From assembly GCF_009914755.1 (NCBI RefSeq), contig NC_060930.1: a DNA stretch of 64,000 bases. The stretch is one strand, 5' to 3'. Numbering within the stretch: the stretch's first letter is position 1; each line of letters opens with the position of its first letter. Shown here in pieces: positions 62,039 to 64,000 of the stretch. A model generated the notes under the pieces. That model made no database searches. It worked only from the letters and a program-made list of their open reading frames with translations, and had not been told where the DNA came from. Position numbers and translations under genes: made by a program. The DNA comes from the human T2T-CHM13v2.0 reference genome, Homo sapiens.

Positions 62039-63204
62039 GAGAACCCAGAGGACAGACTTCAGTGGAATCCTGCAGGATTCTTTGCCCTGTTCAACATATT
62101 TATTAGTGATGTGAATAAAATCCTAAAGATACACTCATCAAAATTACAGGGGTTAAAAAAACCCAGAAAAATACAACAGACCCAGGATTCAAAAGGATGT
62201 TAAAAGAATAAAAAGTAGGCAAAGTAAAAGGCAAACTTTAGTCAAAATACATTTAAAGACATTCATTTAATTTTTTTAAAAAAGTTCCTGTAGAAAGACA
62301 TTATAAGGGAGACTACTTGCTAACAATCCATTTGGAAGTAGCCAGGCAGGGGTGGGAAGAGGGAGTGCTTGGGTGAGTTAATAATGTGCGGGCAGTAGAA
62401 TGTCTGACACTATTTTGGGCTGCATGTACTGAGAAGCTGGCTGTCCTGAAAGTGAGGGAGAATGTGGATGGTGTCCCTTGTGCCTAACAGAGTCACGGCT
62501 GACAAATAGTGTTAAATTAGAGGATGGGGAAAAGGAAACACGTACACAACACAGTAGAAAGAACACAGGCTATTTTGTCTGAAGAAGACAGAGGTAATAA
62601 TTGCTTTTCTTCAGCCCTGTGGTATGATAGCCAATGTTTATCAAGGCCTTACTATAGTGTGTTCCAGGCATTATCTTGTTGAAGCCTAACACTATCTGTA
62701 TAGTACAGGTATTATTATCTCCATTTTATGGATGAATAAAAGGGAGACACATGGTAAACACGCACAGCTCTAAGTGGTGAAGCTGGGATTTGAACTGGAT
62801 TCTAGAGCCCATTTCTAGTGAGGCCTACTAGAGAGCCCATGGCTTGCTTAGGCAGACCCCTTATTAAGGCCACCCTCCAGACAAGGGACCAAATATTTGT
62901 GTGTGGCTCCAGATCCAGATACAAACTCCATGAATGAAAGAAGGAAGCAGATTTATGTACTATTTAAGGAACATTTTTCTACATGGGAACTTCACAAAAT
63001 TCTTTCTCAAAGATAGTGAAAATTCTAAGTCAAGTGGACATGCTAAAACCGAAGCTCCATCACTACCTCTCAGAAATGTTGTGGAGAGTGTCCCTGTGTT
63101 GTGGAGGGAAGTTTGTTCTAGCTGACCATTAACTTTCCCTCCAACTCTCAGCTTTTAGTGTTGAACGAATTGGTGGTGGTGGGAACCAAACATGCCTAAA
63201 CCTG

Positions 63205-63647
63205 GTGTGGCACAATGGGTTATTGTTCAGAAAATACTCACTCAACTTACGCTCCTTCTTGAGATAGAGTATAATTCCTTAGCCTCATTGACTTCAGGCT
63301 TGGCCGTGGGACTAGCTTTGGCCAATGAAATGTTAATGGATGTGGTTCATGTAGAGTCTTCAAATGTGCTTGCTCAATTTGGCTCGGCTCATGAGCCCCC
63401 GTGATCCACCATAAGGGGCTCCCTGTAGCCACTGCCTCTTCATCCTAGGACTCAGAACCAACAATGTGGAGCAGTCTTCAACCCAACGTGCAGCCTGAAG
63501 CCAAGCCTAGCTGGCCCAAGCTTAGATCAGCAGAGCCTGACTTGATCTCCGGACCTATGACTGTGAGAAGAAATGCTTCTTATTGTAAGCCACTGAACAG
63601 TGGGGTGGCTTATTATGCTGCAGTATTGTGACAAAAGCTGATTAACA
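63205..63647 (+). mobile_element. Old MLT1 (F/G/H-like) LTR
   Basis: gactagctttggccaatgaaatgt; ttattgtaagccactga..aaagctgattaaca. Confidence 0.6.
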
Positions 63648-64000
63648 AATGCCTGGTTCACCATAAACAGAGACACTTGCTATATATATTGTGGTATTGG
63701 CCCTTTTAAAAGTCATTATTCTCCCTGCTACCCCTCTGCCTTGGGATTCCACCTTATGTGAGTATGTGGGGGCAGAGGAAGGAGATGAGTGAGTGGCTGT
63801 TGGCTGATACACTGGCCCTCTTTACACTGCCTTGAACCTAAGGATCTTCAAGAAACTACTGGGTTTTGTTTGATATGTCTTTAAAACAATTTTCAGAAGG
63901 AGGCACTGTGCTATAGTCTCAAGGTTCTCACATATACTTGAGACTGTGCTATAGTCTCAAGATTCTCTTTGTGCAGGTTGTCTTATGTCATTCTTGTTCT

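Overview
Repeat-dense, gene-poor primate genomic DNA, probably great ape or human because an L1PA2-type insertion is present. I cannot support any intact cellular protein-coding gene, RNA gene, CRISPR array or new multi-gene system, and nearly all track ORFs are fragments or shadows of transposable elements. The only cellular-gene derivative is a full-length processed pseudogene of the mitochondrial ADP/ATP carrier SLC25A5 (ANT2), inserted in an old 5'-inverted L1MA. The most unusual structure is an ~8.1 kb composite L1PA at 636-8712, sitting inside a Tigger2. It is a near-full-length L1 whose 3' end was replaced by a second, twin-primed L1. The duplicated parts carry two apparent gene-conversion tracts of different ages (0% and ~3.6% divergence against ~8% background, counted by hand). 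Its 5'UTR retains an open, C-terminally extended antisense ORF0. The window also holds Tigger1/2/3 DNA transposons, three Alus, two further 5'-inverted L1s, an LTR12 nested in a MER52 LTR (both with perfect 4-bp TSDs), and several solo ERV1/ERVL/MaLR LTRs. Subfamily names come from recalled consensus sequences and should be confirmed with RepeatMasker/Dfam.
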